A stretch of DNA of 64,000 bases from Obrimoposthia wandeli (GCA_977020255.1 CDROCS010000506.1:3596001-3660000); one strand, 5' to 3'. Shown: positions 51,657 through 60,704, counted from the stretch's first letter. Notes: generated from the sequence alone by a model not told the origin. A program made the numbers and translations.

Positions 51657-53654
51657 TTACCAATGCACGCCGCGCATGATAGCTGCAAATGCAACCTGCT
51701 CAGTACTTGCTTGTGTTGGTTCATCTTTATCTTCTAATTTACCCTTCGCAGCGGCTGAATCATTAAACATACGGTAACCCGTGTTCATGATGATTTCGCT
51801 TACTTTAGGGAATAGCGAGTAAAGCACTTCAGACATGATGCCGACTTTAGTTGCGATACGTTTAGGCTTACGGATAATCGCTTGAGCAATTAAATCAGCC
51901 GCTTCTGATGGTGCCAGTGTCGGTACATTGTCATATACTTTTGTTGGACCAATCATTGGCGTACGCACAAGCGGCATATTAATCGTCGTCATGTTGACGT
52001 TACGGTCAGAGAACTCTGATGCAGCACAACGTGTAAATGCATCAAGTGCAGCTTTTGATGCTACATAAGCAGAGAAACGTGGTGCGTTTGTTAATACACC
52101 AATTGAAGAGATGTTGATTACATGCCCTTGTTTTTTCTCTAGCATACTTGGTGAGAAACCCATGATTAAACGGATTGAACCAAAGTAGTTTAACTGCATT
52201 GTTCTTTCGTAATCGTGGAAACGGTCAAACGATAAATCGATTGAACGACGAATTGAACGACCCGCGTTATTGATTAATACATCAACAAAGTTGTGCTCAG
52301 CAAGTACATTTTTCACTAGCTCATCACATGATTCCATATTTGAAATGTCACATGAATAGATGTGTGCTTCGCCGCCAAGTTCTTGGATTTGAGCTTGTGT
52401 TGCTTCGAGTTTCGTTACATCACGTGCTACAAGGATTAGTTTAGCGCCTGTTGGTGCTAATTTTAATGCTGTCGCTTCACCAATACCAGAACTTGCACCT
52501 GTAATAACAATCGTTTTACCAGCGACATTACCTTTCAGCGTCATGTCATTGATTAGATCGTCATTTAGGTTACGTTCCCAATAATCCCATACCGCTGGTG
52601 CGTATGCATCTAAGCGAGGCACTTTGATATTTGAGCCTTCTAATGCACGTGCAGTCTCACGGTCATCAAAGCTTGTTGGGTAGTTAAGGAAGTTTAATAC
52701 ATCTTTTGGAATGCCAAGGTCATTTAATACACCTTCAGTAAGTTGTTTTACTGCTGGTAAATGCGTAATCGCTTGGCGTACTGATGATGGTAAGAAGTTA
52801 GCAATACGCGAATCAATACGGAATGCTGTTTTTGGTGCGTTACCCGCAGTAGCGAAGATATTAAGTACTTCACCAACCTTGAATGGTTTTGGATCAACAA
52901 GGTGGAAGCAGTTACTATGAACGTCTTCTTTATGACTGATGTAATCAATTGCATCTGCAACATAATCAACCGGTACGATATTAAGGCGACGGCCTTCAAC
53001 ACCGATCATAGGCATCCATGTTGGAATTGTTTCACGGATTTTTTTCAATAATTTGAAGAAGTAGTAAGGACCATCAACTTTATCGATTTCACCGGTTTTA
53101 GAATGACCAACAACCATACCTGGGCGGTAGATGCGGAAAGGAATAGAACATTCATCACGTACTACTTTTTCAGAGATATGTTTGGTGCGTAAATATGGGT
53201 TGTCCATATTTTCAGCTTCTTCAAACATGTCTTCGTAAAAAGTACCGTTGAACAAACCTGCAGCTGCAATAGAGCTCACATGGTGGAAACTTTTTGCTTT
53301 AATGTGAACAGATGCTTCAACCGCGTTACGTGTACCAACAACATTGGCTGTTTCTTGTGATTCAGCATCTGCTTTCATATCGTAGATAGCTGCAAGGTGG
53401 TAAACATTATCAATTTGGTCAGTATGTGTCGCTAACCACTGTTCATCAATACCTAAATTAGCTTTAGTGATATCACCTGTAACCATTTTGATACGACTTT
53501 TAACACTCTTATGCACTCGATCCTGTAATGCATTGAATTTGTGTTCTGAGCCTGGGCGAGTTAATACATACACTTGCGCATCTTCTCTTTCTACTAGACG
53601 TTCAATTAAAAAACGACCAATAAATCCTGTACCACCGGTAACTAAGTATTTCAT
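51657..53654 (-). CDS. Bifunctional two-domain SDR fatty acyl-CoA reductase (alcohol-forming type)
   Basis: TGGTGFIG extended SDR plus Acr1-like SDR (TGASSGIG, NNAGRSIRRS, YVASK), ending EQVAFAAIMRGVHW; resembles my recollection of Marinobacter Maqu_2507. Confidence 0.88.
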   Translation of the reverse strand: MKYLVTGGTGFIGRFLIERLVEREDAQVYVLTRPGSEHKFNALQDRVHKSVKSRIKMVTGDITKANLGIDEQWLATHTDQIDNVYHLAAIYDMKADAESQETANVVGTRNAVEASVHIKAKSFHHVSSIAAAGLFNGTFYEDMFEEAENMDNPYLRTKHISEKVVRDECSIPFRIYRPGMVVGHSKTGEIDKVDGPYYFFKLLKKIRETIPTWMPMIGVEGRRLNIVPVDYVADAIDYISHKEDVHSNCFHLVDPKPFKVGEVLNIFATAGNAPKTAFRIDSRIANFLPSSVRQAITHLPAVKQLTEGVLNDLGIPKDVLNFLNYPTSFDDRETARALEGSNIKVPRLDAYAPAVWDYWERNLNDDLINDMTLKGNVAGKTIVITGASSGIGEATALKLAPTGAKLILVARDVTKLEATQAQIQELGGEAHIYSCDISNMESCDELVKNVLAEHNFVDVLINNAGRSIRRSIDLSFDRFHDYERTMQLNYFGSIRLIMGFSPSMLEKKQGHVINISSIGVLTNAPRFSAYVASKAALDAFTRCAASEFSDRNVNMTTINMPLVRTPMIGPTKVYDNVPTLAPSEAADLIAQAIIRKPKRIATKVGIMSEVLYSLFPKVSEIIMNTGYRMFNDSAAAKGKLEDKDEPTQASTEQVAFAAIMRGVHW

Positions 53655-53771
53655 TCCATTATCCTTAACTAAGCTATGTTTGATTTTTGTTAATTAAAAT
53701 GACTGTGTATCACTTTTGTAGTAGTAATATCATCGAATTCAAAATGAATGTCAATGATGTGCCGTTAACGT

Positions 53772-53791
53772 AACTGGTAAAACGACCAGTT
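53772..53791. promoter_or_regulatory. Palindromic operator candidate upstream of the acyl-CoA reductase
   Basis: AACTGGT-AAAACG-ACCAGTT. Confidence 0.55.
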
Positions 53792-54453
53792 TTGTAACAC
53801 CTTGTCAGTGTAATGTGACGAGTTGTTGGTTTAATTTGATTGTTAATCCTGTTAACAAATAATCAACGGCTAGTGTAAATACTTCATTTCAGTAAATCAT
53901 AACGATGTTGATATTTGATAAACTCAAAGTGTACTTATTTACATTTTATTAACAAGTATTGAAGCCCAACGTTCAAAATAATGCTTAATTTGGGTATTTA
54001 ATTCTAAATATCTTTGATCATGGTTTTGGCTGGTGGGATGATTAAGTTTAATTTCGATAGGCAGTGGTTTAATGCATTTACTATCAATCACTTATATTTA
54101 ATTTTATTTGTATAACTGATTTTTAGTGAAGCGATTAACAATAAGTATTAATACTTTAGTGTTAAGTTCTATAAAGTAAAATTATTTCTTGTCGATATTA
54201 TGGATAAATTTGATGTGATTAAAGTCAAAAAAATAAATTTTTCATGACTTATGTAGGAAAGATATTTTAGTGCTTCAACATATGTAATTAAGTGACTAAT
54301 AGTACGTTGTAGGACTTTAATATTAGAATATTTGTTCCATAGTGAATTTGTATCTCTAAAGTATTAAATTCTGAATTTGGCTTTTTTACAATTTATAATT
54401 TTTAAATTCAAATTTTGCCCATGATAGCGGTATCAGAACTCATCTAACGATGC

Positions 54454-54972
54454 TTAATCAGTGCTGATTGGTGATATTACATATTCAAATCCAGCAATAT
54501 ACTCATTTTTTGTAATGGCGATGATACGTTGATTGCTACTGCCTCTAAATTTTAGTGCTGGATCAAATAGCGGCTGTTCAAATTTACCATCTACTAAATA
54601 ATCTATGTATTGCACGACCATTTTTTGTTGTGGTGTTAATTGCTCTATCGTATAACCGCTCCATAACCATATATATTTTCCAACACATTCTTTTTTAACT
54701 CTTTTTACCAGTTTTAATATGGACTCTAGGTTTGCAGGGTAAAGCGGATCGCCGCCGCTTAAGCTTAAGCCTCGACGTCGGATACGGGGATCATTTAAAT
54801 CATTTATTATCTTGTCTTCCATTGCTTGATTAAAGAGTGAACCATTAGATGGAGACCAGGTTGATTGGTTGTAGCAGCCCTTGCATTGATGCTCGCAACC
54901 GCTGAAAAACAAAGTTACGCGTGTACCTGTGCCATTGATCACATCAAGAGGGTAATATTGAGAATAATGCAT
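54454..54972 (-). CDS. nrdG: Anaerobic RNR activating enzyme, second (distal) copy
   Basis: CEHQCKGC radical-SAM motif, LSGGDP, DGKFEQ, RGSSNQ. Confidence 0.93.
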   Translation of the reverse strand: MHYSQYYPLDVINGTGTRVTLFFSGCEHQCKGCYNQSTWSPSNGSLFNQAMEDKIINDLNDPRIRRRGLSLSGGDPLYPANLESILKLVKRVKKECVGKYIWLWSGYTIEQLTPQQKMVVQYIDYLVDGKFEQPLFDPALKFRGSSNQRIIAITKNEYIAGFEYVISPISTD

Positions 54973-55056
54973 AGTTGCTCTTAAACGCTAGCCAATAAGT
55001 CATTGGCTAGCTAGTTAATTAAACTGAGGTCGGACGAGTTACATATTATGAAAATA

Positions 55057-55118
55057 TTATAAATGTTTAACGCGGCGTTTTACTTCTTCTTGTTTACCGT
55101 TGTTACAGAGGCAAGCAT
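55057..55118 (-). pseudogene. nrdD: Remnant of the nrdD 3' end (...NNGKQEEVKRRVKHL*)
   Basis: 55059-55098 is identical to 58150-58189; the next 20 bp match at 13/20. Confidence 0.9.
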
Positions 55119-55254
55119 ACGATTTCAAGCAGAAGTACGGATTTAGCCTATTGAATGCATCGCTAAACTCAAACAGTCTAATAACATTACGTTTTTTATA
55201 AAAATAATCTAAGCTTGATAACATAGAGATATAGTAAACAAGAAGCTTATAACC

Positions 55255-56163
55255 ATGAGAAATAGTGATATTACCAAACTTAGAGAGCTAGATTTTAATT
55301 TACTCAAAACATTGACCGTCTTACTCGAACAGAAGCATATATCTGGAAGCGCTGAGATACTTTTTCTATCCCAACCAGCCGTAAGCAAGCAGCTCACTAA
55401 GCTTCGTAATATGTTTAATGATCCTTTACTTGTAAGATCTGGTAATACTTTACTGCTAACTCCAAAAGCCGAACGAATAAAGCCAAAAGTCCATTCATTA
55501 TGCGAACAAGTTAAACAATTAGTCATTCCTGATGAACTGAATCTTCGTGACGTAAAGGTGACTGTTAGCATCATGTTTTCTGATTACGGTAGTCCACATT
55601 GGATATCTAGATTATTACGTGAACTTCATAAAGAAGCACCTAACGTTACGATAGTGTGTAAAGAGTGGAGTAAAGAAAACATAAATCAACTTATCAAAGG
55701 GGAATTAAATATTGCACTTGGACCTATACCTGGTTCTAACGCTCAATGTGAAACGATTAAGCTAGGAGTTATCACTAGCTCATTTATAGCTAGAAAAAAT
55801 CATCCCTTATTTAGTAATAATATTGATACTGCACCATTCTCAAGCTTTCCACTTATCCGCATATCTGGTTCCACTCAATACCAACATGTTTACAGTACTG
55901 TCCTTCCAGATAACCCTGTCATGCTAGATCAAGCGAGTATGTGGTTAGCACTCGACACTCTTAAATACTCTAATGCTGTATTGGTTGGCCCCACTCCTGT
56001 TATGCGTGATTTAGCTCATGCAGAAGAGTTTCAATATATGCACCTTAAGCAAGTACCGAACATTGATATTTGTATGAGCTGGACGTCTGGCTTAACAAAT
56101 GATCTATTCTATAAGTGGCTTATTGAAACAATGATAAAAATAGGAAGAGACATAATTTCATAA
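55255..56163 (+). CDS. LysR-family regulator (NodD/YidZ/LeuO-like subgroup)
   Basis: LDFNLL...LSQPAVSKQLTKLRNMFNDPLLVRSG helix-turn-helix; 302 aa. Confidence 0.93.
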   Translation: MRNSDITKLRELDFNLLKTLTVLLEQKHISGSAEILFLSQPAVSKQLTKLRNMFNDPLLVRSGNTLLLTPKAERIKPKVHSLCEQVKQLVIPDELNLRDVKVTVSIMFSDYGSPHWISRLLRELHKEAPNVTIVCKEWSKENINQLIKGELNIALGPIPGSNAQCETIKLGVITSSFIARKNHPLFSNNIDTAPFSSFPLIRISGSTQYQHVYSTVLPDNPVMLDQASMWLALDTLKYSNAVLVGPTPVMRDLAHAEEFQYMHLKQVPNIDICMSWTSGLTNDLFYKWLIETMIKIGRDIIS

Positions 56164-56193
56164 CCAATGTTCACGCTCATAACCCTCGGTTAT
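56160..56193. promoter_or_regulatory. LysR T-N11-A box plus an upstream half site
   Basis: ATAACC-CTC-GGTTAT at 56179-56193; second ATAACC at 56160-56165. Confidence 0.55.
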
Positions 56194-56317
56194 ATGCGCC
56201 ATGAAAACTGACCATTTCTAATACCTCCTCACTTTTGGCATTATCTCCCTCGTCCTGAGAAAGCAGTTGAATACATAAACATCGCTGCTTCTCACTCTTT
56301 AGTTGAGGAGCATTGAT

Positions 56318-56833
56318 GTGAAAAAACGACAACACGCTATCCGATTATTTATCAATTTAGCATTAATAATCGGAGCTCTATTACCTCATGCGGTTTCAGC
56401 TGAAGAGTGGACTCAGCAACACATAGATAGTGTTTCATTTGGGGGCTCGTTTGAAGGTAATTCAAAAGACATATATTTTGCGTTTACTCGTTATAAACAA
56501 GATGGGATTGGTATCGGAGCTGAAGTTTCTGTGTATCGATATGACCAAGATATGAGTATTTATGATTATTCGTCAACTTATACCGAAAGAGATTTATCTC
56601 TAACACTTCCTATTGCGGCAACTGAAAAGGTTTATATCACGCCTTCTGTCGGCGTCCGCCAAATAAAAAATGAGTATGAGAGAAAAGGAACAGAAACTGA
56701 AAGTACACAATATGAACCTCTTTATGGCGTTGATTTTACGTACATGCTCGACAATGTCAGTGTCACTGTTGGTGTTGATAAGTCCAAAAATTCAGATTGG
56801 TCAATTGCTTACGGATTAGGAGTTTCATTTTAA
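56318..56833 (+). CDS. Small outer-membrane beta-barrel protein of unknown function
   Basis: GAGGAG RBS and GTG start; signal peptide ending AVSA; alternating strands; C-terminal YGLGVSF. Confidence 0.75.
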   Translation: MKKRQHAIRLFINLALIIGALLPHAVSAEEWTQQHIDSVSFGGSFEGNSKDIYFAFTRYKQDGIGIGAEVSVYRYDQDMSIYDYSSTYTERDLSLTLPIAATEKVYITPSVGVRQIKNEYERKGTETESTQYEPLYGVDFTYMLDNVSVTVGVDKSKNSDWSIAYGLGVSF

Positions 56834-56894
56834 TAACGGTTTATACCGCTAAATATGAATTAAAAGTTATTTTAAATTTAAATATGAGGTTTAT

Positions 56895-57587
56895 ATGAAA
56901 AATGTTTTAAAAATAAGTGCTATCGCCTTGATGGTTTCACTGGCTGCTGGCTGTAGTTCTTCGAATGGTTCTGGTGGGAGTGGTGAAACGACACCTCCAC
57001 AGTTCGATGGTGATCTAGGCTTTGAAAATGTAGATCCTCATTATGGTGTCGGTGCACCTGAAGAGCAGCCTGAACTTGGTTTTGATTTCAGTTATGTTTA
57101 CATTCCAGAGATAGATACTGAAGTACCAGTACCTTCAAACCCAATTGAAAAAGATATTCAAAACCCGAAAAGTAAAATTTCAGCGGAGTTTGAGCGATCG
57201 GATGGTGAAGAAACTCTTTACTCTATACATTTTGATGGGAGACGTGTTGGTGAAATTATCATTAATGATGATGGCATCATTGTTAAATCACACCTGACTG
57301 ACAAAACTATCTCAGCGACAACAGATAATGGTGGTTCTACGTGGCAGGTTGTTGGTGCCAACGGTAATCTGAAAGGTGATCTGAAACGTTTAGATAATGG
57401 TACTTGGTTAATCCGTGAAGAAATAACCCGAGAGGTATTCGTATCAGTGGTCAAAGATGGCGAGAGAATATTCATTCCAGCAAGTGAAGTGAAGGGGGCG
57501 CTTAAAGACAAAATTAGAGTACACCTTCCTCCAAAAATGAACTTACAAAAAGTTCAGACTTTAAAAGCTCGCCCAAAAATGGGTTAA
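56895..57587 (+). CDS. Lipoprotein of unknown function
   Basis: Lipobox LAAG-C, Ser/Gly tether, acidic Pro-rich segment, beta-rich middle, basic C-terminus; GAGG RBS. Confidence 0.8.
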   Translation: MKNVLKISAIALMVSLAAGCSSSNGSGGSGETTPPQFDGDLGFENVDPHYGVGAPEEQPELGFDFSYVYIPEIDTEVPVPSNPIEKDIQNPKSKISAEFERSDGEETLYSIHFDGRRVGEIIINDDGIIVKSHLTDKTISATTDNGGSTWQVVGANGNLKGDLKRLDNGTWLIREEITREVFVSVVKDGERIFIPASEVKGALKDKIRVHLPPKMNLQKVQTLKARPKMG

Positions 57588-57596
57588 ATAATTGAT

Positions 57597-57630
57597 AAAA
57601 GAGAACCTCTGGGATGAAGTTCTCTGATTT
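57597..57630. terminator. Stem-loop between the convergent lipoprotein and nrdG genes
   Basis: AAAAGAGAAC...GTTCTCT. Confidence 0.5.
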
Positions 57631-57671
57631 ATTCTACTCAGTATATTGATGACACGAGCCAATTTTTATAT

Positions 57672-58151
57672 CTATTCAATAGTACTAAGGTTAAGCGAAT
57701 GTATTATTTGATTAGTGCTTCCGCGCCACTTTAAACTTGGGTCTGCAAGATCTTGTTCAAATTTTCCATCTATAACTACATCAATTAGGTCAATTACCTC
57801 ACGTTGTGCATCGCTCAGTTGTTCTAAGGTGTAGCCTGTCCAGCACCAAATGTCCTTTCCTGGCGCTTCCTTGCGTACTCGCTTAACAAGTGCAAGTACA
57901 CTTTTTACGTTAGCGGGGTGAAGAGGATCACCACCAGAGAGTGAAAGCCCCCTTTTGCTAATCCGTTTATCATTCAAATCAGAAATGATTTTATCTTCTA
58001 GCTCTGAGGTGAATAACTGACCAGAGCTAGTATTCCAAGTCGACTGATTGTAGCAGCCCCGGCAATTGTGCTCGCAGCCAGATACAAACAGTGTGCATCG
58101 GGTACCAGGGCCGTTTACAACATCGATGTCGTAATACTGGGAATAGTTCAT
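57672..58151 (-). CDS. nrdG: Anaerobic RNR activating enzyme, copy coupled to nrdD
   Basis: CEHNCRGC, LSGGDPL, GKDIWCWTGY, WRGSTNQ; ATGA overlap with the nrdD stop. Confidence 0.96.
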   Translation of the reverse strand: MNYSQYYDIDVVNGPGTRCTLFVSGCEHNCRGCYNQSTWNTSSGQLFTSELEDKIISDLNDKRISKRGLSLSGGDPLHPANVKSVLALVKRVRKEAPGKDIWCWTGYTLEQLSDAQREVIDLIDVVIDGKFEQDLADPSLKWRGSTNQIIHSLNLSTIE

Positions 58152-60283
58152 AAATGTTTAACGCGGCGTTTTACTTCTTCTTGTTTACCATCGTTAAAGG
58201 GACGCGCATCGGGACTGCCTAGATAACCACATACTCGACGGGTCACTGACACCTTGGCAATATCGTGATTGTCGCATTTAGGGCAAGTGAAACCTTTACT
58301 GGTACAGCTAAACTCACCGGTATAACCACATTCGTAACATTCATCGATGGGTGTGTTGGTGCCGTAGTAAGGCACGCGTGAATAGCTGTAATCCCACACA
58401 TTTTCCAACGCTTCAATGTTGTGCTGCATATTAGGGTATTCGCCATAACAGATAAAACCGCCGTTACTAACTGCAGGGTAGGGCATTTCAAAATCAATTT
58501 TATCGTATGGGTTAACTTGTTTCTCAACATCCAAATGGAAACTGTTGGTGTAATAGCCTTTATCTGTCACGTCTTTGATATCACCAAACGTGATCTTATC
58601 TAACTTAGCAAAACGGCTACACAGATTTTCACTCGGTGTGGCATATAAGCTGTAGGCATAACCGCTTTCTGCAGTCCATTGTTCAGTGCTGGCTTTCATG
58701 TGGCTAAGCATAGCAATGGCTTTTTGTTGTAATACTTCACTATCGTAAGGATGGGTAGCATTACCAAACAGTGCATTAATCGTTTCGTGCAAACCGATGT
58801 AACCTAAAGAAATAGAGGCGCGACCATGCTTGAAAATATCTAATACGTCATCATCAGCATTGAGTCTAACGCCACAAGCACCTTCCATATAAAGGATTGG
58901 GGCAACACGTGCTTTAACGCCTTTAAGACGAGAAATACGGGTTTCTAGAGCACGTTTACATAGAATTAAACGTTCATCTAATAATTGATAGAAGCGTGAT
59001 TCATCGCCTTTTGCTTGAATGGCAATGCGCGGTAAATTAAGACTCACTACACCTAAGTTATTACGGCCTTCATGAATTAGTTCACCTTGCTCTTCATAGG
59101 TGCCTAAGAAACTACGGCAACCCATAGGCGTTTTAAACGAACCCGTTACTTTAACTACTTGCTCATAGTTTAAAATATCTGGGTACATGCGTTTCGTTGA
59201 GCATTCCAGTGCTAGCTGTTTAATATCGTAGCTTGGATCTTCTGGCTTATGGTTTAGGCCATCTTTGATTGCAAACACCAGTTTTGGAAAAACTGCAGTT
59301 TTATGGTTTCTGCCTAAACCTGCAATACGATTTTTAAGAATTGATTGCTGAATTAAACGCGCTTCCCAGTTTGTGCCTAAACCAAAACCGAAAGTCACAA
59401 ACGGCGTTTGGCCATTTGCTGTGTGTAAGGTATTAACTTCATATTCTAATGATTGGAATGCATCGAAACATTCTTTTTCAGTGCGTGAACGGGCAAATTC
59501 CGCTTTATTTGGTATCGACCATTCTTCGGCTAACTGGGTATTTTTATTAAAGCTTGCTGTTACGTAAGGCGCTAAGATTTCGTCAATGCGGTTGATCGTG
59601 GTGCCACCATAAATATGGCTAGCTACTTGCGCAATGATTTGTGCGGTAACGGCGGTTGCTGTGGTGATTGATTTTGGTGTTTCAATTTCAGCATTACCCA
59701 TTTTAAAGCCACGCGTCAGCATGCCATCAAGATCGATCAGCATACAGTTGAACATCGGGAAAAACGGTGCGTAATCAAGATCGTGATAATGAATGTCACC
59801 AGCTTCATGCGCATGAACAATATCGCGCGGTAAGATATGTTGCTTAGCATAATGCTTGGCAACAATACCTGCGAGTAGATCGCGTTGAGTCGGGATCACT
59901 TTACTGTCTTTATTGGCATTTTCATTCAGCAGTGATTCGTTGCTTTGCTCAATAAGGCCTTTGATTTCGTTAGTCAGAATACTTTGTGTTTCACGAGCAA
60001 TATCACGTTGATGACGGTATTCGATATAAGCGCGGGCAATGAGCTTGTTGCTTTCCTGCATCAATACATCTTCAACGGTATTTTGGATCGTGTGGATCTC
60101 AATGGCGTGTTCGCTAGAGACATCTTGTTGAACCAGTATTTGATGTACTTTATTTGCCATATCGACTGCATAATCACGATTTTCTTGTTGCACTGACTTA
60201 GCTGCAGCGTAAATAGCGTCTTGTATGCATTGAATGTTGAACGGCACACGACAACCATCTCGTTTGATGACAAATAGATCCAC
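58148..60283 (-). CDS. nrdD: Class III anaerobic ribonucleoside-triphosphate reductase
   Basis: ATP cone (VIKRDG), MGCRSF, CYEC/CPKC, TRRVCGYL glycyl-radical motif; start moved to GTG 60283 (AAGGAG RBS), 711 aa. Confidence 0.97.
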   Translation of the reverse strand: MDLFVIKRDGCRVPFNIQCIQDAIYAAAKSVQQENRDYAVDMANKVHQILVQQDVSSEHAIEIHTIQNTVEDVLMQESNKLIARAYIEYRHQRDIARETQSILTNEIKGLIEQSNESLLNENANKDSKVIPTQRDLLAGIVAKHYAKQHILPRDIVHAHEAGDIHYHDLDYAPFFPMFNCMLIDLDGMLTRGFKMGNAEIETPKSITTATAVTAQIIAQVASHIYGGTTINRIDEILAPYVTASFNKNTQLAEEWSIPNKAEFARSRTEKECFDAFQSLEYEVNTLHTANGQTPFVTFGFGLGTNWEARLIQQSILKNRIAGLGRNHKTAVFPKLVFAIKDGLNHKPEDPSYDIKQLALECSTKRMYPDILNYEQVVKVTGSFKTPMGCRSFLGTYEEQGELIHEGRNNLGVVSLNLPRIAIQAKGDESRFYQLLDERLILCKRALETRISRLKGVKARVAPILYMEGACGVRLNADDDVLDIFKHGRASISLGYIGLHETINALFGNATHPYDSEVLQQKAIAMLSHMKASTEQWTAESGYAYSLYATPSENLCSRFAKLDKITFGDIKDVTDKGYYTNSFHLDVEKQVNPYDKIDFEMPYPAVSNGGFICYGEYPNMQHNIEALENVWDYSYSRVPYYGTNTPIDECYECGYTGEFSCTSKGFTCPKCDNHDIAKVSVTRRVCGYLGSPDARPFNDGKQEEVKRRVKHL

Positions 60284-60321
60284 AAAATACTCCTTCAGTT
60301 TTAAATTGACATTATCATGCA

Positions 60322-60368
60322 ATACCATATATAGGTGTTGTTTTAAGCAACGGCACAATATGTAGTGT
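60322..60368. promoter_or_regulatory. Tandem NrdR boxes
   Basis: ataCcAtATaTaGgtg (60322-60337) and gcaCaAtATgTaGtgt (60353-60368), 31 bp apart. Confidence 0.85.
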
Positions 60369-60396
60369 ATTAGGCTTGAAGTTTGTTTTTGGTTCA

Positions 60397-60410
60397 TTGA
60401 TTTTGATCAA
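60397..60410. promoter_or_regulatory. FNR box for nrdDG
   Basis: TTGAT-TTTG-ATCAA, perfect consensus. Confidence 0.85.
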
Positions 60411-60557
60411 TAATTATCACGCCAAAATAAGGGATTGATAAGGGAACTATTCTTGATCAACAAACAGGGATATTCTCGAACAATTATGCTTGTAAGTTTA
60501 TTTTTGAGCGATATTCAAACGCAAACTGACCAGCGTAGAGTTTATGATGAATAAAGC

Positions 60558-60586
60558 TTTACAACTTCAATAGGTTGCTCTAATAT
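60558..60586 (+). promoter_or_regulatory. Candidate sigma70 promoter of tRNA-Ser
   Basis: TTTACA-17 bp-TAATAT followed by a GC-rich discriminator. Confidence 0.5.
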
Positions 60587-60601
60587 TCGCTCCATTGCTG
60601 C

Positions 60602-60692
60602 GGAGGGGTGGCAGAGTGGCCGAATGCACTGGTCTTGAAAACCAGCAGGGGTTAATAGCTCCTCGAGAGTTCAAATCTCTCCTCCTCCGCCA
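60602..60692 (+). tRNA. tRNA-Ser (anticodon TGA)
   Basis: GGAGGGG/CTCCTCC acceptor, CTGGT-CTTGAAA-ACCAG anticodon arm, long variable arm, GTTCAAATC, encoded CCA. Confidence 0.97.
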
Positions 60693-60704
60693 TCCATTCA
60701 AGAG

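Larger units (their letters stand above)
55059..58189. mobile_element. Putative integrated islet bounded by 40-bp direct repeats of the nrdD 3' end; no integrase inside
   Basis: ATAAATGTTTAACGCGGCGTTTTACTTCTTCTTGTTTACC at both ends, 3,091 bp apart; duplicated nrdG. Confidence 0.6.

Noticed and set aside
55086-55245. 12-bp inverted match between the nrdD repeat core (CTTCTTGTTTAC) and 55234-55245 as IS/MITE ends
   Set aside because: Short, no target-site duplication or other copies seen; could be chance in AT-rich DNA
58148-60397. Track start at 60397 for NrdD; possible intein or intron
   Set aside because: The extension runs through the NrdR boxes to the FNR box; GTG 60283 has an RBS and gives a normal 711-aa protein with no insertion
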